From Methanocaldococcus sp. 28A (lineage in GTDB: Archaea > AGJL01 > Methanococci > Methanococcales > Methanocaldococcaceae), in the NCBI GenBank assembly GCA_049852185.1, contig CP187540.1: 64,000 bases of DNA. One strand, written 5' to 3'. Both the position numbers and the translations under genes were made by a program. Below the pieces are notes generated by a model, which was not told the DNA's origin, searched no databases, and saw only the letters and a list, made by a program, of their open reading frames with translations. Position 1 is the stretch's first letter. Every line of letters begins with the position of its first letter. Positions 30,528-43,296 of this stretch are shown here, in pieces.

Positions 30528-31245
30528 TGTTGTATCCCGAAAATATTTCGCACCTATAAGTAATAAAAAAAATAACAACATAAATAAATAACATAAATAA
30601 TATGATAGGAGTAAGACTTGACGATAAAAAGATTAAGAAAATTATTAGATGGAAGGAGAATGGATTTAAAACGAAAGATATTACTAAGAATTTGGGAATA
30701 TCTACTCGTAGAGTTTAGCAGATATGGAAAGAATATCGAGAAACTGAAGAAATCCCAAATATAAAGCGTAGAGGTAGGAAGCCGAAAGAAATTACTCGGG
30801 GAGAGGTAGATATTGGTTTCAAAGCAGTCAATATATATAGGAACAAGCTCAGTTTATTTGGAACACTTTATCGAACTTAGGTATAATATACATAGAACTT
30901 TCATAGGAATAAATAATATTAATGAAATTTGATGCATTTGGCATCATTTTTTCTTTAATTTAATTATATAAAGTGCAAAAGTCTTGCCATAGGAAAAGTT
31001 AAACGGATAAATAAAGAGTTGAATATCGACTAAATAGATTTGATAATTTAGAAGAGTTCATAGTTTGAATGAAATCACTAATATGATTTCATATCTCTCC
31101 GCTACGCTCCAATTGACATAATAAAATAAAACCTCATCGTTCTTTAGATTATAGGACTCCTTACGAGGTTTATTTCAAAAATACCGTTAATAATATTGAG
31201 GAGATTTCATGAATTATAGGTGCGAAATAATTTCAGGATACCACA
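30528..31245 (+). mobile_element. Degenerate, internally deleted IS481-like element
   Basis: Terminal IRs TGTTGTATCCCGAAAATATTTCGCACC / GGTGCGAAATAATTTCAGGATACCACA (TGT...ACA); broken HTH frame with RRGRKPK from about 30601. Confidence 0.7.
30893..30986. mobile_element. MITE family A copy nested in the IS481-like element
   Basis: TAGAACTTTCATAGGAATAAAT ... GTGCAAAAGTCTTG with internal GATGCA-TTT-GGCATC. Confidence 0.55.
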
Positions 31246-31407
31246 CAACCTCATATGACCAAAAGATTTATATACTCCCTAACTAATACTTATATCACCA
31301 CAAACCACAAATTGTATAATCTAATTTTAATTTTGTTAAGTTAAACTTGACACCATTTTGTCAATATTAAACAAAAATAAAAATTAAAAGAAAATTGGTG
31401 ATGAAAT

Positions 31408-32694
31408 ATGGCAAAGCAAAAACCAGTATTAAACGTAGCATTCATTGGACACGTCGATGCAGGTAAGTCAACAACAGTCGGTAGATTGTTATACGACAGT
31501 GGAGCTATCGACCCACAGTTATTAGAAAAATTGAGAAGAGAAGCTCAAGAGAGAGGTAAGGCAGGATTCGAGTTTGCTTACGTTATGGACAACTTGAAAG
31601 AAGAGAGAGAAAGAGGGGTTACAATTGATGTAGCTCACAAAAAATTCGAAACTCCAAAATATGAAATTACAATCGTTGACTGTCCAGGACACAGAGACTT
31701 CATTAAAAACATGATTACAGGAGCTTCACAGGCTGATGCTGCAATCTTAGTTGTCGATGTTAACGACGCTAAAACAGGAATTCAGCCACAAACAAGAGAG
31801 CACATGTTCTTAGCAAGAACATTAGGTATTAAGCAAATTGCAGTAGCTATCAACAAGATGGATACTGTTAACTACAGCCAAGAAGAATACGAAAAAATGA
31901 AGAAGTTATTATCAGAGCAGTTATTAAAAGTTTTAGGTTACAACCCAGACCAAATTGACTTCATTCCAACAGCTTCATTGAAAGGAGACAACGTCGTTAA
32001 GAGATCAGAAAACATGCCATGGTATAAAGGTCCAACATTAGTTGAAGCATTAGATAAGTTCCAACCACCAGAAAAACCAATAAACTTACCATTAAGAATA
32101 CCAATCCAAGATGTCTATTCAATTACTGGAGTTGGAACTGTCCCAGTTGGAAGAGTCGAAACAGGTATCTTAAGACCTGGGGATAAGGTAGTCTTTGAAC
32201 CTGCAGGAGTTAGTGGAGAAGTTAAATCAATCGAAATGCACCACGAACAAATACCTCAAGCAGAACCTGGAGACAACATCGGATTCAACGTTAGAGGAGT
32301 TAGTAAGAAAGACATTAAGAGAGGAGACGTCTGTGGACATCCAGACAACCCACCAACAGTTGCTGAAGAATTCACAGCTCAAATCGTTGTCTTACAACAC
32401 CCAACAGCAATTACTGTTGGTTACACACCAGTCTTCCACGCACACACAGCACAAGTTGCATGTACATTTATAGAGTTATTGAAGAAATTAGACCCAAGAA
32501 CAGGGCAAGTTATTGAAGAAAACCCACAATTCTTAAAAACAGGAGATGCTGCTATAGTTAAAATTAAACCAACAAAACCAATGGTCATTGAGAACGTTAG
32601 AGAAATTCCACAATTAGGAAGATTCGCTATCAGAGATATGGGTATGACAATCGCTGCTGGTATGGCAATTGATGTTAAAGCTAAGAATAAATAA
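31408..32694 (+). CDS. tuf: Translation elongation factor EF-1 alpha
   Basis: [30 protein letters not shown]. Confidence 0.98.
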   Translation: MAKQKPVLNVAFIGHVDAGKSTTVGRLLYDSGAIDPQLLEKLRREAQERGKAGFEFAYVMDNLKEERERGVTIDVAHKKFETPKYEITIVDCPGHRDFIKNMITGASQADAAILVVDVNDAKTGIQPQTREHMFLARTLGIKQIAVAINKMDTVNYSQEEYEKMKKLLSEQLLKVLGYNPDQIDFIPTASLKGDNVVKRSENMPWYKGPTLVEALDKFQPPEKPINLPLRIPIQDVYSITGVGTVPVGRVETGILRPGDKVVFEPAGVSGEVKSIEMHHEQIPQAEPGDNIGFNVRGVSKKDIKRGDVCGHPDNPPTVAEEFTAQIVVLQHPTAITVGYTPVFHAHTAQVACTFIELLKKLDPRTGQVIEENPQFLKTGDAAIVKIKPTKPMVIENVREIPQLGRFAIRDMGMTIAAGMAIDVKAKNK

Positions 32695-32774
32695 ATCTAC
32701 TTTCTAATTTTTAATTAATTTTTAAATCCTATTTTGTATTTTTTATATTCTTAAAGAGACTGAGAGGGAGGAGT

Positions 32775-33080
32775 ATGCAAAGAGCAAGAATTAGGTTATC
32801 AAGTACAGACCACAAAGTTTTAGATGAAATTTGTAGACAAATAAAAGAGATTGCTGAAAAAACAGGAGTAGATATTTCAGGACCTATACCATTACCAACA
32901 AAGGTATTAAGAGTTGTTACAAGAAAGAGTCCTGATGGAGAGGGTTCATCAACATTTGACAGATGGACAATGAAAATCCACAAAAGATTAATTGACATTG
33001 ATGCAGATGAGAGAGCTTTAAGACATATTATGAAAATAAGAATTCCAGACAATGTTCAAATAGAGATACAGTTTAAATAA
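32775..33080 (+). CDS. rps10: 30S ribosomal protein S10
   Basis: [23 protein letters not shown]; follows tuf. Confidence 0.97.
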   Translation: MQRARIRLSSTDHKVLDEICRQIKEIAEKTGVDISGPIPLPTKVLRVVTRKSPDGEGSSTFDRWTMKIHKRLIDIDADERALRHIMKIRIPDNVQIEIQFK

Positions 33081-33117
33081 GGCTATTTTTATAAAGTAAA
33101 TTTTCATAGGCAGGAGA

Positions 33118-33148
33118 CGTTGCAATCCGAACAATGAGGATTGCAACG
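33118..33148. terminator. GC-rich hairpin between convergent rps10 and engB
   Basis: CGTTGCAATCC-9 nt-GGATTGCAACG followed by a T-rich tract; function not established. Confidence 0.35.
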
Positions 33149-33174
33149 AATTATTTTTTTATTTTTTAATTTTG

Positions 33175-33831
33175 TTATTTAATTCCTCTTAATTTCTTAA
33201 ACAACCTAACTCTCTCAAGAATCTTTTTCTTTATCTCTTCAATTCCTTTACCTTCTTTCAATATAGCAGGAACTATAAATTTCCACTGATGCCATGGTGG
33301 CTGACATTTTAGATATTCACAGATGCCATCTAAAACTTCATCCCATTCATCTTTTTTTATCTTATCCATTTTATTTGCCACTAAAATTGGACTAATTTTC
33401 AAATCAGTTATAAAGTCAAACATCTCTAAATCAATTGGAATTTCTCCTCTTTCTTTCCATCTCTCAACAATTTCAAAAAATGCCTTTGCATCTATAATTT
33501 GAACTGCTGCAGCAATTTCATTAGCATGGTTTTCTATGTAATGAACAATCTCATCTTTAATCTTTTCTTGAACTTTTTTTGGCAACCCTGCCATATAACC
33601 AAAACCTGGCATATCTACTAAAATATACTCCCCCATATCATATTCATTAATTTTTAACGTAACTCCTGGTTTTTTTCCTACTCTAATATCTTTTCTTCCA
33701 GTCATTAATCTAACAAAAGTGGATTTACCAACATTACTTCTACCAACTACTATAACTTTTGGTTTTATTCTTTTTTCATTATATTTTTCTTTTAAATTTT
33801 TATATCTCTCAAAAAAGTTCATAATAACCAC
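33175..33831 (-). CDS. engB: GTP-binding protein EngB
   Basis: [22 protein letters not shown]. Confidence 0.92.
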   Translation of the reverse strand: MVIMNFFERYKNLKEKYNEKRIKPKVIVVGRSNVGKSTFVRLMTGRKDIRVGKKPGVTLKINEYDMGEYILVDMPGFGYMAGLPKKVQEKIKDEIVHYIENHANEIAAAVQIIDAKAFFEIVERWKERGEIPIDLEMFDFITDLKISPILVANKMDKIKKDEWDEVLDGICEYLKCQPPWHQWKFIVPAILKEGKGIEEIKKKILERVRLFKKLRGIK

Positions 33832-33883
33832 ATAAAACTATTTTTTAAATTTTAAAGTAAAAAGAATAGAATAAAGTATTTAA

Positions 33884-34177
33884 TTAATGTCTATCTTGTG
33901 GTGTTCTAACTTCTTCAATAATCTTTTTACCAGCAACAACTTCATCTATACTGTGTATAGTCCCTCCCAAACTTTCAATAATTTTCTGAATTTCATCGAA
34001 ATCTAAATTATTCCCTTCAATTGTTACTTTAACATTTTCTGTCTCTTTATCTATCTCATAAACTGTAATATTAACCCCATCAATATTTGATAATGATGTT
34101 AATCTTAACGCCATATCTGTTATTTTTGGCTCATGCGGCTTTAGTATATCTAAAACAATTCTTCTAATACCGTTCAA
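33884..34177 (-). CDS. DUF211-family protein
   Basis: [21 protein letters not shown]. Confidence 0.8.
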   Translation of the reverse strand: MNGIRRIVLDILKPHEPKITDMALRLTSLSNIDGVNITVYEIDKETENVKVTIEGNNLDFDEIQKIIESLGGTIHSIDEVVAGKKIIEEVRTPQDRH

Positions 34178-34357
34178 TTTTATCCCTCTAATTCTTTTTA
34201 ATTAATTATTATTAGGTTAATTTATTATTGAATTATTTAAGGTTATTGTTAATATATTTTTATCTATAGATTCATAGAATATTAAGTTATCAAATGATAA
34301 GATATTAATAACACTTAAGATAAATTATAATTGTCAAAATCTTAATGGGGGGAAACT

Positions 34358-35263
34358 ATGGAAATAAATGGAGTATATATTGAAGATACATTTGCAGAAG
34401 CGTTCCCAATATGGGTGTCAAGAGTTTTAATAACAGCTGCTACAAAGAAATGGGCGAAGATTGCAGCTACAGAAGCTACTGGTTTTGGATGCTCTGTTAT
34501 AATGTGTCCAGCAGAGGCGGGAATTGAGAAGTATGTCCCACCATCAGAAACACCAGATGGAAGACCAGGATATATAATACAGATATGCCACCCTAAGAAG
34601 TCAGAATTAGAGCACCAAATGTTAGAGAGATTAGGACAGTGTGTATTGACATGCCCTACAACTGCTATTTTTGATGCTATGGGAGATAAAGCTGATGAGC
34701 AATTAAAAGTTGGATTTAAGTTGAAGTTTTTCGGAGACGGTTATGAAAAGAAAGATGAATTATATGGAAGGATAGTTTACAAAATCCCAATTATGGGAGG
34801 AGAGTTTATAACTGAGGCTAAGTTTGGAATTAAAAAAGGAGTTGCTGGAGGAAACTTCTTTATAATGGCAGATACAAATGCCTCTGCGTTAATTGCTGCT
34901 GAAGCTGCAGTTGATGCTATATCAAATGTTGAAGGAGTTATAACTCCATTCCCAGGAGGAGTTGTAGCTTCAGGAAGTAAAGTTGGAGCAAGCAATCCAA
35001 AATACAAGTTTATGGTAGCTACAACAAACCACAAAATGTGCCCAACATTGAAGGGTGTTGTTGAAGATTCAGAGATTCCAGAAGATGTAAATGGAGTTTA
35101 TGAGATAGTAATTGATGGAACTGATGAAGAAGCAGTTAAAGAGGCAATGAAACAAGGTATTTTAGCAGCTACAAAAGTTTCAGGAGTTAAGAAAATTACA
35201 GCTGGAAACTATGGAGGTAAGTTAGGTAAATATCAAATCAACTTAAGAGAATTATTTGAATAA
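34358..35263 (+). CDS. ftr: Formylmethanofuran--tetrahydromethanopterin N-formyltransferase
   Basis: [31 protein letters not shown]. Confidence 0.97.
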   Translation: MEINGVYIEDTFAEAFPIWVSRVLITAATKKWAKIAATEATGFGCSVIMCPAEAGIEKYVPPSETPDGRPGYIIQICHPKKSELEHQMLERLGQCVLTCPTTAIFDAMGDKADEQLKVGFKLKFFGDGYEKKDELYGRIVYKIPIMGGEFITEAKFGIKKGVAGGNFFIMADTNASALIAAEAAVDAISNVEGVITPFPGGVVASGSKVGASNPKYKFMVATTNHKMCPTLKGVVEDSEIPEDVNGVYEIVIDGTDEEAVKEAMKQGILAATKVSGVKKITAGNYGGKLGKYQINLRELFE

Positions 35264-35280
35264 ATTTTCATTTTTGATTA

Positions 35281-35379
35281 TTTTAATTCGCAGGAATAAC
35301 TAATAATAACGAACTTTGATGCCAGAGGCATCTAAATACCTTATTTAAATTTAATATTATATAAACTGCGAAAGTCCTA
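35281..35379. mobile_element. MITE family A copy with degraded left end
   Basis: TTCGCAGGAATAA ... GATGCC-AGA-GGCATC ... CTGCGAAAGTCCTA. Confidence 0.6.
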
Positions 35380-35390
35380 TAAGGTATTAA

Positions 35391-35418
35391 TGAATGCCTT
35401 CCATAAGGAAGGCATTCA
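35391..35418. repeat. Palindrome related to the MITE family B core
   Basis: TGAATGCCTTCC-ATAA-GGAAGGCATTCA, similar to 61941-61965. Confidence 0.6.
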
Positions 35419-35448
35419 AATTTTCTTTTTAAACTTTATCAAATTTAT

Positions 35449-36051
35449 TCAAATTTTAATTTCAAAGTTTTTTAATTCTGATAGACTCATTCTTTCTTTT
35501 AAAAACTCTTTTGGAATTAAATATAGAAATTTTGGCTCATAAGGTTCCCCTTTTAATCCTAAAACAACTGCATCAATGTTTTTTGGATAATTTAGTTTTA
35601 TAATTTCATTTATTGGATATGATTTTTTATATATCGGATATATTTTGAATCCTTTAAAGTATATTCCATCATCTCTAAACTCTGCCCCAATACTTTTTAA
35701 ATAATAGACAAATGTTTTTGCATTTTCATCTAAATAATCTAATAAAGTGTTTATGTTGTTTGTTTCTATTTTACTATCATCTATCTTTATTCTCTTAGCA
35801 AAATTTATCTTTACCTCGCCATTTGTTGATGCATCTTCAATTTTTATCTTTTTCTTTCTAAGTTTATACCATATTTTTTTAAAAAATGACCTTATTTTAT
35901 ATTTTAATAACATATATCCTCCAAATATTGCCATTAGAATTAAAAATATTGGTAAAGCGATTAATGCCAAAATTACTAATAGCAATAAAATTAAAAATAT
36001 TAAAAAAATTCCTGTAATCCCGCTAACTCTATAAATCTTAACTTTCATCAA
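35449..36051 (-). CDS. Hypothetical membrane-anchored protein
   Basis: Long N-terminal hydrophobic segment followed by a soluble domain. Confidence 0.65.
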   Translation of the reverse strand: MMKVKIYRVSGITGIFLIFLILLLLVILALIALPIFLILMAIFGGYMLLKYKIRSFFKKIWYKLRKKKIKIEDASTNGEVKINFAKRIKIDDSKIETNNINTLLDYLDENAKTFVYYLKSIGAEFRDDGIYFKGFKIYPIYKKSYPINEIIKLNYPKNIDAVVLGLKGEPYEPKFLYLIPKEFLKERMSLSELKNFEIKI

Positions 36052-36076
36052 TATCCCTCAAAGAGTTTTTTATAAT

Positions 36077-36185
36077 TAGGACTCTCACAATTTATATATT
36101 ATATATTTTATATATTTACTAATGAAAAAATTATGCTAAGGGCATCAACTATTTTTTATTAACATTTATTCCTGCGAAAGTTCTA
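36077..36185. mobile_element. MITE family A copy overlapping the 3' end of the PP-loop gene
   Basis: TAGGACTCTCACA ... ATTTATTCCTGCGAAAGTTCTA. Confidence 0.6.
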
Positions 36186-37036
36186 ATTAATCTTATGTAT
36201 TCTTCTTTTTTTGGCTCCGTTATAATCTTTTTAGAGGGCAGTTTTATAGATGCCCTAAATCCATATTTTCTTGCTATTTCAGTGGCTATTTTGTTATATC
36301 TATAGAGTTCATTAAAGAGTTTCTCATTTAATTGGGCATTTTCATCGGCATACTGCAAACAACACCCCTCCCTCCAAAATCCTATCTTGTCTCCAACTTC
36401 ATGAGCTCTCTCTATCTTTAGGTTATAATAATTCATTAAATTTAAAACATCTTCAAAAGCCAACCTTATCAAAGGTCTAAAAAATAAGATTTCTTTATCT
36501 TTCCCCTTGCTATATTTTTGAGGCACAGAAGTTAGTTCCATTTTGTTATATATTACTTCTCCATAAACTTCTCTCAAATAATTCATAACCGCTCCTGAAA
36601 TTTTCTCGAGAGCTGAATCTCCAGTCATAATTATCCTAATTCCTTTTTCTTTAGCTATATCAACAGCCTTATCTTTCATTATATTTTTACATATTCTACA
36701 TATCCTACTCCCTTTAGCTCCTTTAGTTCTTTTTAACAATTCTTCTGTTATATCATAAAATATTACTGGAATTCCAAATCTCTTTGAGAGTTTTTCAACC
36801 ATTTTTTTTGAAATATCCCAACTCCATCTATGGTAGAAATGTATTATATACTTTATATTTAATCCCAAATCCTTAGCTAAGGCTATAGCTGTTGAGCTAT
36901 CTTTTCCACCACTTGCCATAACTACAATTCCATCATTTAAAACATCTTTTTCTTTAAATTGATTTATAATGTCTATTTTTAATTCTTCTAAGCTGTTTAA
37001 TTTTCTTTTATTTTTTGTCCATTCTGAAAATTCCAT
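36149..37036 (-). CDS. PP-loop (adenine nucleotide alpha hydrolase) family protein
   Basis: MASGGKDSS, CRIC, GCC. Confidence 0.75.
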   Translation of the reverse strand: MEFSEWTKNKRKLNSLEELKIDIINQFKEKDVLNDGIVVMASGGKDSSTAIALAKDLGLNIKYIIHFYHRWSWDISKKMVEKLSKRFGIPVIFYDITEELLKRTKGAKGSRICRICKNIMKDKAVDIAKEKGIRIIMTGDSALEKISGAVMNYLREVYGEVIYNKMELTSVPQKYSKGKDKEILFFRPLIRLAFEDVLNLMNYYNLKIERAHEVGDKIGFWREGCCLQYADENAQLNEKLFNELYRYNKIATEIARKYGFRASIKLPSKKIITEPKKEEYIRLIRTFAGINVNKK

Positions 37037-37211
37037 ATTTTCACATGTGCTGTTTTATTTAATAAATTTATTTAATAAATAATAGTAAAATATTTATCTT
37101 GCAATTATTAAAATTGGATGTTCATAAAATATGAACTTTAATTCCAAATAGAAAACTTTATATACTACAGATGTATAGTTTTTAAACATATAGCTTTAGT
37201 GAGGTGATAAT

Positions 37212-38354
37212 GTGAGAAAGTTCGTTGCCCTATTATTGGGGCTAATATTAATCGTTCCAATAGTAAGTTTGTGTGGATGTGTAAATGGTAATCAAAGTTC
37301 TAATACACAAACTACAAACGAGCAAACTACAAAAATTATTATAATTAGAACTACAGGAGCTACTTTCCCTAAATACCAAATCCAAAAATGGATAGATACT
37401 TATCAAAAATTACATCCAAATGTTAAAATTGAATATGAAGGGGGAGGTAGTGGATATGGGCAAGAGGCATTTTTAAAAGGATTAACTGATATTGGGAGAA
37501 GTGACCCACCTGTTAAAGAAATCATGTGGAAAAAATTTTTACAAACTGGAGACCAACCATTACAATTTCCAGAAATTGTTGGGGCAGTTGTTGTAACTTA
37601 CAATATTCCTGAAATAGGAAACAAAACGTTAAAATTAAGTAGAGATGTATTAGCAGATATATTTTTAGGTAAGATTAAGTATTGGGATGATGAAAGAATA
37701 AAGAAACTAAATCCAGATATTGCTGATAAATTACCACATAAAGAAATTATAGTTATTCATAGAAGTGATGCTAGTGGAACTACAGCAATATTTACAACAT
37801 ATTTAAGTTTAGTTAGTAAAGAATGGGCTGAAAAAGTAGGTGCTGGAAAATTAGTTCAATGGCCAGTTGATAACATGGGTAGAGGAGTCGCTGGAAAAGG
37901 AAATACAGGAGTTGTTGCCATATTGAAAAAAACTCCTTACTCAATTGCATATACAGAACTTTCTTATGCAATTGAAGATAAATTACCTGTTGCTGCATTA
38001 GAAAATAAAAATGGCAATTTTGTTAAACCAACAGATGAAACAATAAAAGCAGCAGTTTCAGAAGTTAAAGCATATATTCCAAAGCCAACAGAAGGTTATA
38101 AAGAAAACCTAACACAATTGTTAGATGCACCTGGAAACAATTCATATCCAATTGTTGCCTTCACTCACTTATTAGTTTGGGAAAACAAAAATGGTAAGCA
38201 CTACTCTCCAGAAAAAGCTAAAGCTATAAAGGACTTCTTAGAATGGATATTAACTGATGGACAAAAACCAGAAAACTTAGCTCCGGGATATGTAGGATTA
38301 CCTAAAGATGTAGCAAAGATTGGTTTAGATGCTGTAAATATGATTAAAGAATAG
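37212..38354 (+). CDS. pstS: Phosphate ABC transporter substrate-binding lipoprotein
   Basis: Lipobox LCGC, GATFP, GSGYG, HRSDASGTT. Confidence 0.95.
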   Translation: MRKFVALLLGLILIVPIVSLCGCVNGNQSSNTQTTNEQTTKIIIIRTTGATFPKYQIQKWIDTYQKLHPNVKIEYEGGGSGYGQEAFLKGLTDIGRSDPPVKEIMWKKFLQTGDQPLQFPEIVGAVVVTYNIPEIGNKTLKLSRDVLADIFLGKIKYWDDERIKKLNPDIADKLPHKEIIVIHRSDASGTTAIFTTYLSLVSKEWAEKVGAGKLVQWPVDNMGRGVAGKGNTGVVAILKKTPYSIAYTELSYAIEDKLPVAALENKNGNFVKPTDETIKAAVSEVKAYIPKPTEGYKENLTQLLDAPGNNSYPIVAFTHLLVWENKNGKHYSPEKAKAIKDFLEWILTDGQKPENLAPGYVGLPKDVAKIGLDAVNMIKE

Positions 38355-38470
38355 ATTAGTCAAATGGATATTTTGGACTTTTTTTATCCTTTTAATTATT
38401 TTTTAGTTTTTTCCTAGTTAAATAAATTTAAAAATATTAAAAATAATAATAACTTCAAAATTTTTTATTA

Positions 38471-38540
38471 TAGGTCTTTCGTAATATATATTTAATAGCT
38501 TCAAAAATACCTTCTAATATTTATTCCTATGAAAGTCCTA
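38471..38540. mobile_element. Short MITE family A copy between pstS and pstC
   Basis: TAGGTCTTTCGTA ... ATTTATTCCTATGAAAGTCCTA. Confidence 0.55.
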
Positions 38541-38589
38541 TATTATTCCAGCCTTTATTTACTCTTAGGCTGTATAAGGAGGTAACAAT

Positions 38590-39528
38590 ATGAACATAAA
38601 GGAATTAATAAAAAAAATGGATGGATTCAAAATAATTACTTTCCCCTCAATAGTTATAGTATTTATAATATTTGCATTAATGTTAGGATTCTATTTTTAC
38701 AATGCAATTCCAGCAATAAAGCATTTTGGTATTGACTTATTTATAAAAAATGTATGGATTGCTGCTGAAGAGGCTTCTAAAGAAGTTTATGGATTAGCAG
38801 CACCTATATGGGGTAGTATTTATACCGCAACTATTGCTGTTTTAATTGCTCTACCTCTTGCTATAGGATATGCTATATTTGTCAATGACTATGCTCCTAA
38901 GAAGTTAAAATTTCCTTTAATTATTATTTCGGATATTATGGCTGGACTTCCCACAATTATTTATGGTATTTGGGGGGCTTTTATATTGGTACCTCTATTA
39001 AGAGACTATATTATGAAATTTTTATATGAACATTTTTCTTTCATTCCATTATTTAACTATCCTCCATTATCTGGATATTCCTATTTATCTGCAGGTGTTT
39101 TGTTAGGAATAATGGTAACGCCATTTGCTGCTGCAATAATTAGAGAGGCTTATGCAATGATTCCGTCAGTTTATAAAGAAGGATTGATTGCATTAGGAGC
39201 GACAAGATATGAAACTACCAAAGTTTTAATAAAATATATAAGACCTGCCATAATTTCAGGACTTATTTTGGCATTTGGTAGAGCGTTAGGAGAAACTGTT
39301 GCAGTGTCCTTAGTTATAGGAAATTCATTTAACTTAACTTACAAATTGTTTGCTCCAGGATATACTATTTCATCATTAATAGCAAATCAATTTGGAAACG
39401 CTGCCCTTTATGAATATATGACCTCTACCTTATACGCTGCTGGATTGGTGTTGTTCGTAATTGGATTAATAGTAAATCTTATTGGAATCTATTACTTAAA
39501 GAGGTGGAGAGAGTATGTCTCTCATTAA
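38590..39528 (+). CDS. pstC: Phosphate ABC transporter permease
   Basis: PTIIYG, ALGAT EAA-type loop, GRALGET. Confidence 0.93.
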   Translation: MNIKELIKKMDGFKIITFPSIVIVFIIFALMLGFYFYNAIPAIKHFGIDLFIKNVWIAAEEASKEVYGLAAPIWGSIYTATIAVLIALPLAIGYAIFVNDYAPKKLKFPLIIISDIMAGLPTIIYGIWGAFILVPLLRDYIMKFLYEHFSFIPLFNYPPLSGYSYLSAGVLLGIMVTPFAAAIIREAYAMIPSVYKEGLIALGATRYETTKVLIKYIRPAIISGLILAFGRALGETVAVSLVIGNSFNLTYKLFAPGYTISSLIANQFGNAALYEYMTSTLYAAGLVLFVIGLIVNLIGIYYLKRWREYVSH

Positions 39529-40360
39529 CTATAAAACAATTAGAATGATTAAAGATAAAATATTTCTATTAGTTGTAGGAATTTTGACCTTATTATCCAT
39601 TGTGCCATTGTTTCATATAATATATTCAATCATTGTAAAAGGTTTGCCAGTTATATTAGAAAGGGGATTAACATTTATAACAGGAACACTGAGTGAAGGA
39701 GGAATAGGTCCCGCAATAGTTGGGACACTTATGCTAACATTATTAGCCTCTCTTATAGGACTTCCATTGGCATTCTTAGCAGGAACTTATGTTTATGAGT
39801 TTCCTAATAGTTTTATTGGTAGAACTACAAAGGTTTTATTACAGATACTGTTAGAGTTTCCTACTATATTAGTGGGAACGTTTGTTATGGGCATTCTTGT
39901 AGTTCCTATGGGAACTTACTCTGCAATTGCTGGGGCTTTGGCATTGGCTTTAATCTTAACTCCTTATGTTGCAGTCTATACAGAGGAAGCTATGTCAGAA
40001 GTGCCAAGAATATATAAAGAAGGAGGTTATGCCTTAGGATGTACAAGAGCACAGGTTATATTTAAGGTCATTACAAAGATGGCTAAAAAAGGGATTTTAA
40101 CAGGAGTTTTAATAGGTATGGCAAAAGTTGCAGGAGAAACCGCTCCTCTTCTATTTACTGCTGGAGGATTATATGAAACCTACCCTACTAATCCATTAGA
40201 GCCTGTTGGAGCTATTCCTCTATTAATTTATACATTAGTCCAAAGTCCTTCCATAGAAGACCATAAAATGGCTTGGGGGGCAGCATTAGTAATGTTAATA
40301 ATATTCTTAGCAATCTTTATTCCAATAAGATACAGTTTAAAGGATGATATAAAATTGTAA
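39515..40360 (+). CDS. pstA: Phosphate ABC transporter permease
   Basis: GGIGPAIVGT, AGETAPLLFT. Confidence 0.93.
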   Translation: MSLINYKTIRMIKDKIFLLVVGILTLLSIVPLFHIIYSIIVKGLPVILERGLTFITGTLSEGGIGPAIVGTLMLTLLASLIGLPLAFLAGTYVYEFPNSFIGRTTKVLLQILLEFPTILVGTFVMGILVVPMGTYSAIAGALALALILTPYVAVYTEEAMSEVPRIYKEGGYALGCTRAQVIFKVITKMAKKGILTGVLIGMAKVAGETAPLLFTAGGLYETYPTNPLEPVGAIPLLIYTLVQSPSIEDHKMAWGAALVMLIIFLAIFIPIRYSLKDDIKL

Positions 40361-40403
40361 AAAATAATTAAAAGTAATAAAAAAGTAAAAAAAGTAGTAA
40401 GTA

Positions 40404-41171
40404 GTGGTAATTATGGAAAAAATAAAGATAGAGACAAAAAATTTAAGTTTGTGGTATGGGGAGAAACAGGCTTTATTTGATATAAATTTACCAATATATG
40501 AGAAAAAGATAACCGCTTTAATAGGTCCAAGTGGTTGTGGGAAATCAACATTTCTAAGATGTTTAAATAGATTAAATGACTTAATACCAAATGTTAGAAT
40601 AGAAGGAAAGGTTTTATTAGATGGAAAAAATATTTATGATAAAGATGTTGATGTGTATGAGTTAAGAAAAAGAGTTGGAATGGTTTTCCAAAAACCTAAT
40701 CCTTTTGCTATGAGTATTTATGATAATGTTGCCTTTGGTCCAAGAATTCATGGAATTAAAGATAAGAAAAAATTAGATAAAATAGTAGAATGGGCTTTAA
40801 AAAAAGCTGCTCTTTGGGATGAAGTTAAAGATGAATTACATAAAAATGCCTTATCTTTATCAGGAGGACAACAGCAAAGACTTTGCATAGCGAGAGCAAT
40901 AGCCGTGAAGCCAGAGGTCTTATTAATGGATGAGCCAACATCTGCCTTAGACCCTATTTCAACTTTAAAGATTGAAGAGTTAATGGTAGAATTGGCTAAG
41001 GATTATACAATAGTTGTTGTTACCCACAACATGCAACAAGCAAGTAGAGTTTCAGATTATACAGCATTTTTCTTAATGGGTAAGTTAATTGAGTTTGGAG
41101 AAACAGAGCAGATATTCTTGAATCCTCAAAAGAAGGAAACAGATGATTATATTAGTGGTAGATTTGGTTAA
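40404..41171 (+). CDS. pstB: Phosphate ABC transporter ATP-binding protein
   Basis: [33 protein letters not shown]. Confidence 0.96.
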   Translation: MVIMEKIKIETKNLSLWYGEKQALFDINLPIYEKKITALIGPSGCGKSTFLRCLNRLNDLIPNVRIEGKVLLDGKNIYDKDVDVYELRKRVGMVFQKPNPFAMSIYDNVAFGPRIHGIKDKKKLDKIVEWALKKAALWDEVKDELHKNALSLSGGQQQRLCIARAIAVKPEVLLMDEPTSALDPISTLKIEELMVELAKDYTIVVVTHNMQQASRVSDYTAFFLMGKLIEFGETEQIFLNPQKKETDDYISGRFG

Positions 41172-41193
41172 AACTTTTGATTGGTGAATACTT

Positions 41194-41865
41194 ATGGTAA
41201 AAAAATTTGATGAAGTATTAAAAGAAATAGAAAAAGATTTAATAAAGATGGGTGATTTGTGTATTGAGCAAATAGAAAATGCTATAAAAGCATTTACAGA
41301 AGGAGATAGAGAGCTTGCAAAACAAGTTAGAAAGAAAGATAATGATATTGATTTAATGGAAATTGAGATTGAAGATAAGTGTGTTAAAGCTATTGCCTTA
41401 TATCATCCAGTATCTGGAGATTTAAGAGAGATTATGACTGCTATCAAAATATCATCAAAGTTAGAGAAAGTTGGAGATAATGCATCAAAGATATGTAAAA
41501 TATTGCTAAAATCCAATATAGACGGAAAGAGAAAAAATGAATTATTAATAGTTATGAAAGATTATTTAGTTAATATGCTAAGAAATGCAATGATTTCATT
41601 TAAAAATAGAGATGAGAAGTTAGCAAGAGATGTTTATGAGATGGATAAAAGGTTGGATGATTTATATGAGCAACTATATAGGAGTATGATAAGCAAAATC
41701 TTAGAAGACCCAAAAAATTTAACCTTAGCTACTGAAATAATCTTTGTAGCGAAATATTTAGAGAGGAGTGGAAATATAGTAGCTTCAATAGGAGATAGAG
41801 TTGTTTATATGATTACAGGAGAGAGAATAAAAGAAGAAGAATTAGAAGAAAAAATGAATCAATAA
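41194..41865 (+). CDS. phoU: Phosphate signalling protein PhoU
   Basis: Two PhoU repeats (DLR...LEKVGD; YLERSG); follows pstB. Confidence 0.93.
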   Translation: MVKKFDEVLKEIEKDLIKMGDLCIEQIENAIKAFTEGDRELAKQVRKKDNDIDLMEIEIEDKCVKAIALYHPVSGDLREIMTAIKISSKLEKVGDNASKICKILLKSNIDGKRKNELLIVMKDYLVNMLRNAMISFKNRDEKLARDVYEMDKRLDDLYEQLYRSMISKILEDPKNLTLATEIIFVAKYLERSGNIVASIGDRVVYMITGERIKEEELEEKMNQ

Positions 41866-42033
41866 CTTTTTCATAACAGGACTTTCACATGGATGATTTT
41901 TTATTGAACAATGAACACCTATAAGAAAAGTTGATAATGTAATATAATAAACAGTATAAAATCAAAAATATTAAAATATATTTAGATTTAAAACAAATAA
42001 GAAGGTTTAAAAATTAAAGATTTCTTAAAATTT

Positions 42034-43296
42034 TTACTTAGTTTTTATTAAATTAGTTAATTCATCCATGTTGATTAATTTCTGTTCTCCTGTAACCATA
42101 TCCTTTAAAGTTACTTTATTTTCATTAAGCTCTTTCTCTCCAACAATAATTACTTTCTTAAATCCTCTCGAATTTGCATAATCCAAAGCTTTTCTCAACT
42201 TTCTACCCATAATTTCAAGTTCTACAATTTTTCCAGTTTTTCTTAACTTATCAGCTATAATTAGAGATTTTTTAATTAATTCCTTATCTTTTTTTACTGG
42301 GATTATTAAAATATTCTCTTCTTCAATATTTAAGTCATCAATATTCATCATAATTCTATCAAATCCATAGGCAAAACCAACTGCTGGTGTTGGCTCTCCT
42401 CCAAATGTTTCTATTAAATTATCATATCTCCCCCCACCACATATCTGCTTAGCTCCTTTCTTTCCATATATCTCAAATACCATTCCAGTATAATAGTCTA
42501 AACCTCTTGCAATTCCAAAGTTTATTGTATATTTATCATGAATAACAAACTCTAAAATCTCTTCTAAGTTATTTATTGCCTCTATAGATTTTGGGAAATC
42601 TTTCAATATCTCCTTTAGTTCATCTAAAATCTCTCTCCTCCCTTTAAATTTTAATATATCAAATATTATCTCCTTCTTTTCTTCCCCTAAGATTTGAGTT
42701 AAATATTTCTCTAAATTTTCATAATCCTCTTTATCTATCAACCTTCTTATTTTAACTTCTTCTTCCTCACTAACATTAAACTTCTCTAAAACTCCCTTTA
42801 AAACTCCCAAATGACCAATATGAACATCAAAATCCAAACCAATATTTATTAAACCATCCATCGCTAAATTCAAAACTTCAGCATCTGCTAACGGCTCTTT
42901 ACAACCTATTAACTCACAACCCATCTGCCAAAACTCTCTAAATCTTCCAGCTTGAGGTCTCTCATATCTAAAGCAATTAGCAAAATAATATAATCTTAAA
43001 GGTTTCTGTAAATTCTTTAATTCATTTAAATAGAATCTTACAACTGGGGATGTCATTTCAGGTCTTAATGCTATTTCTCTTCCACCATGGTCTTTAAAAA
43101 CATAAAGTTGTTTTCTAATCTCTTCTCCTGTTTTTTTAGCAATTAACTCAAAACTTTCAAAGGTTGGTGTTAATATCTCTCTATATCCATATCTCTCAAA
43201 AACTTCCCTCAACTTATTTTCAATAAATCTCCTTTTTTTCATTTCTTCTGGTAAAAAATCCCTTGTCCCTCTCGGTTTTTGGAACATAACTATCAA
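42034..43296 (-). CDS. hisS: Histidine--tRNA ligase
   Basis: [36 protein letters not shown]. Confidence 0.97.
   Translation of the reverse strand: MIVMFQKPRGTRDFLPEEMKKRRFIENKLREVFERYGYREILTPTFESFELIAKKTGEEIRKQLYVFKDHGGREIALRPEMTSPVVRFYLNELKNLQKPLRLYYFANCFRYERPQAGRFREFWQMGCELIGCKEPLADAEVLNLAMDGLINIGLDFDVHIGHLGVLKGVLEKFNVSEEEEVKIRRLIDKEDYENLEKYLTQILGEEKKEIIFDILKFKGRREILDELKEILKDFPKSIEAINNLEEILEFVIHDKYTINFGIARGLDYYTGMVFEIYGKKGAKQICGGGRYDNLIETFGGEPTPAVGFAYGFDRIMMNIDDLNIEEENILIIPVKKDKELIKKSLIIADKLRKTGKIVELEIMGRKLRKALDYANSRGFKKVIIVGEKELNENKVTLKDMVTGEQKLINMDELTNLIKTK

Noticed and set aside
33118-33148. Hairpin with a GAA...A loop resembling a SECIS
   Set aside because: Upper stem too short, and no in-frame UGA in tuf or rps10
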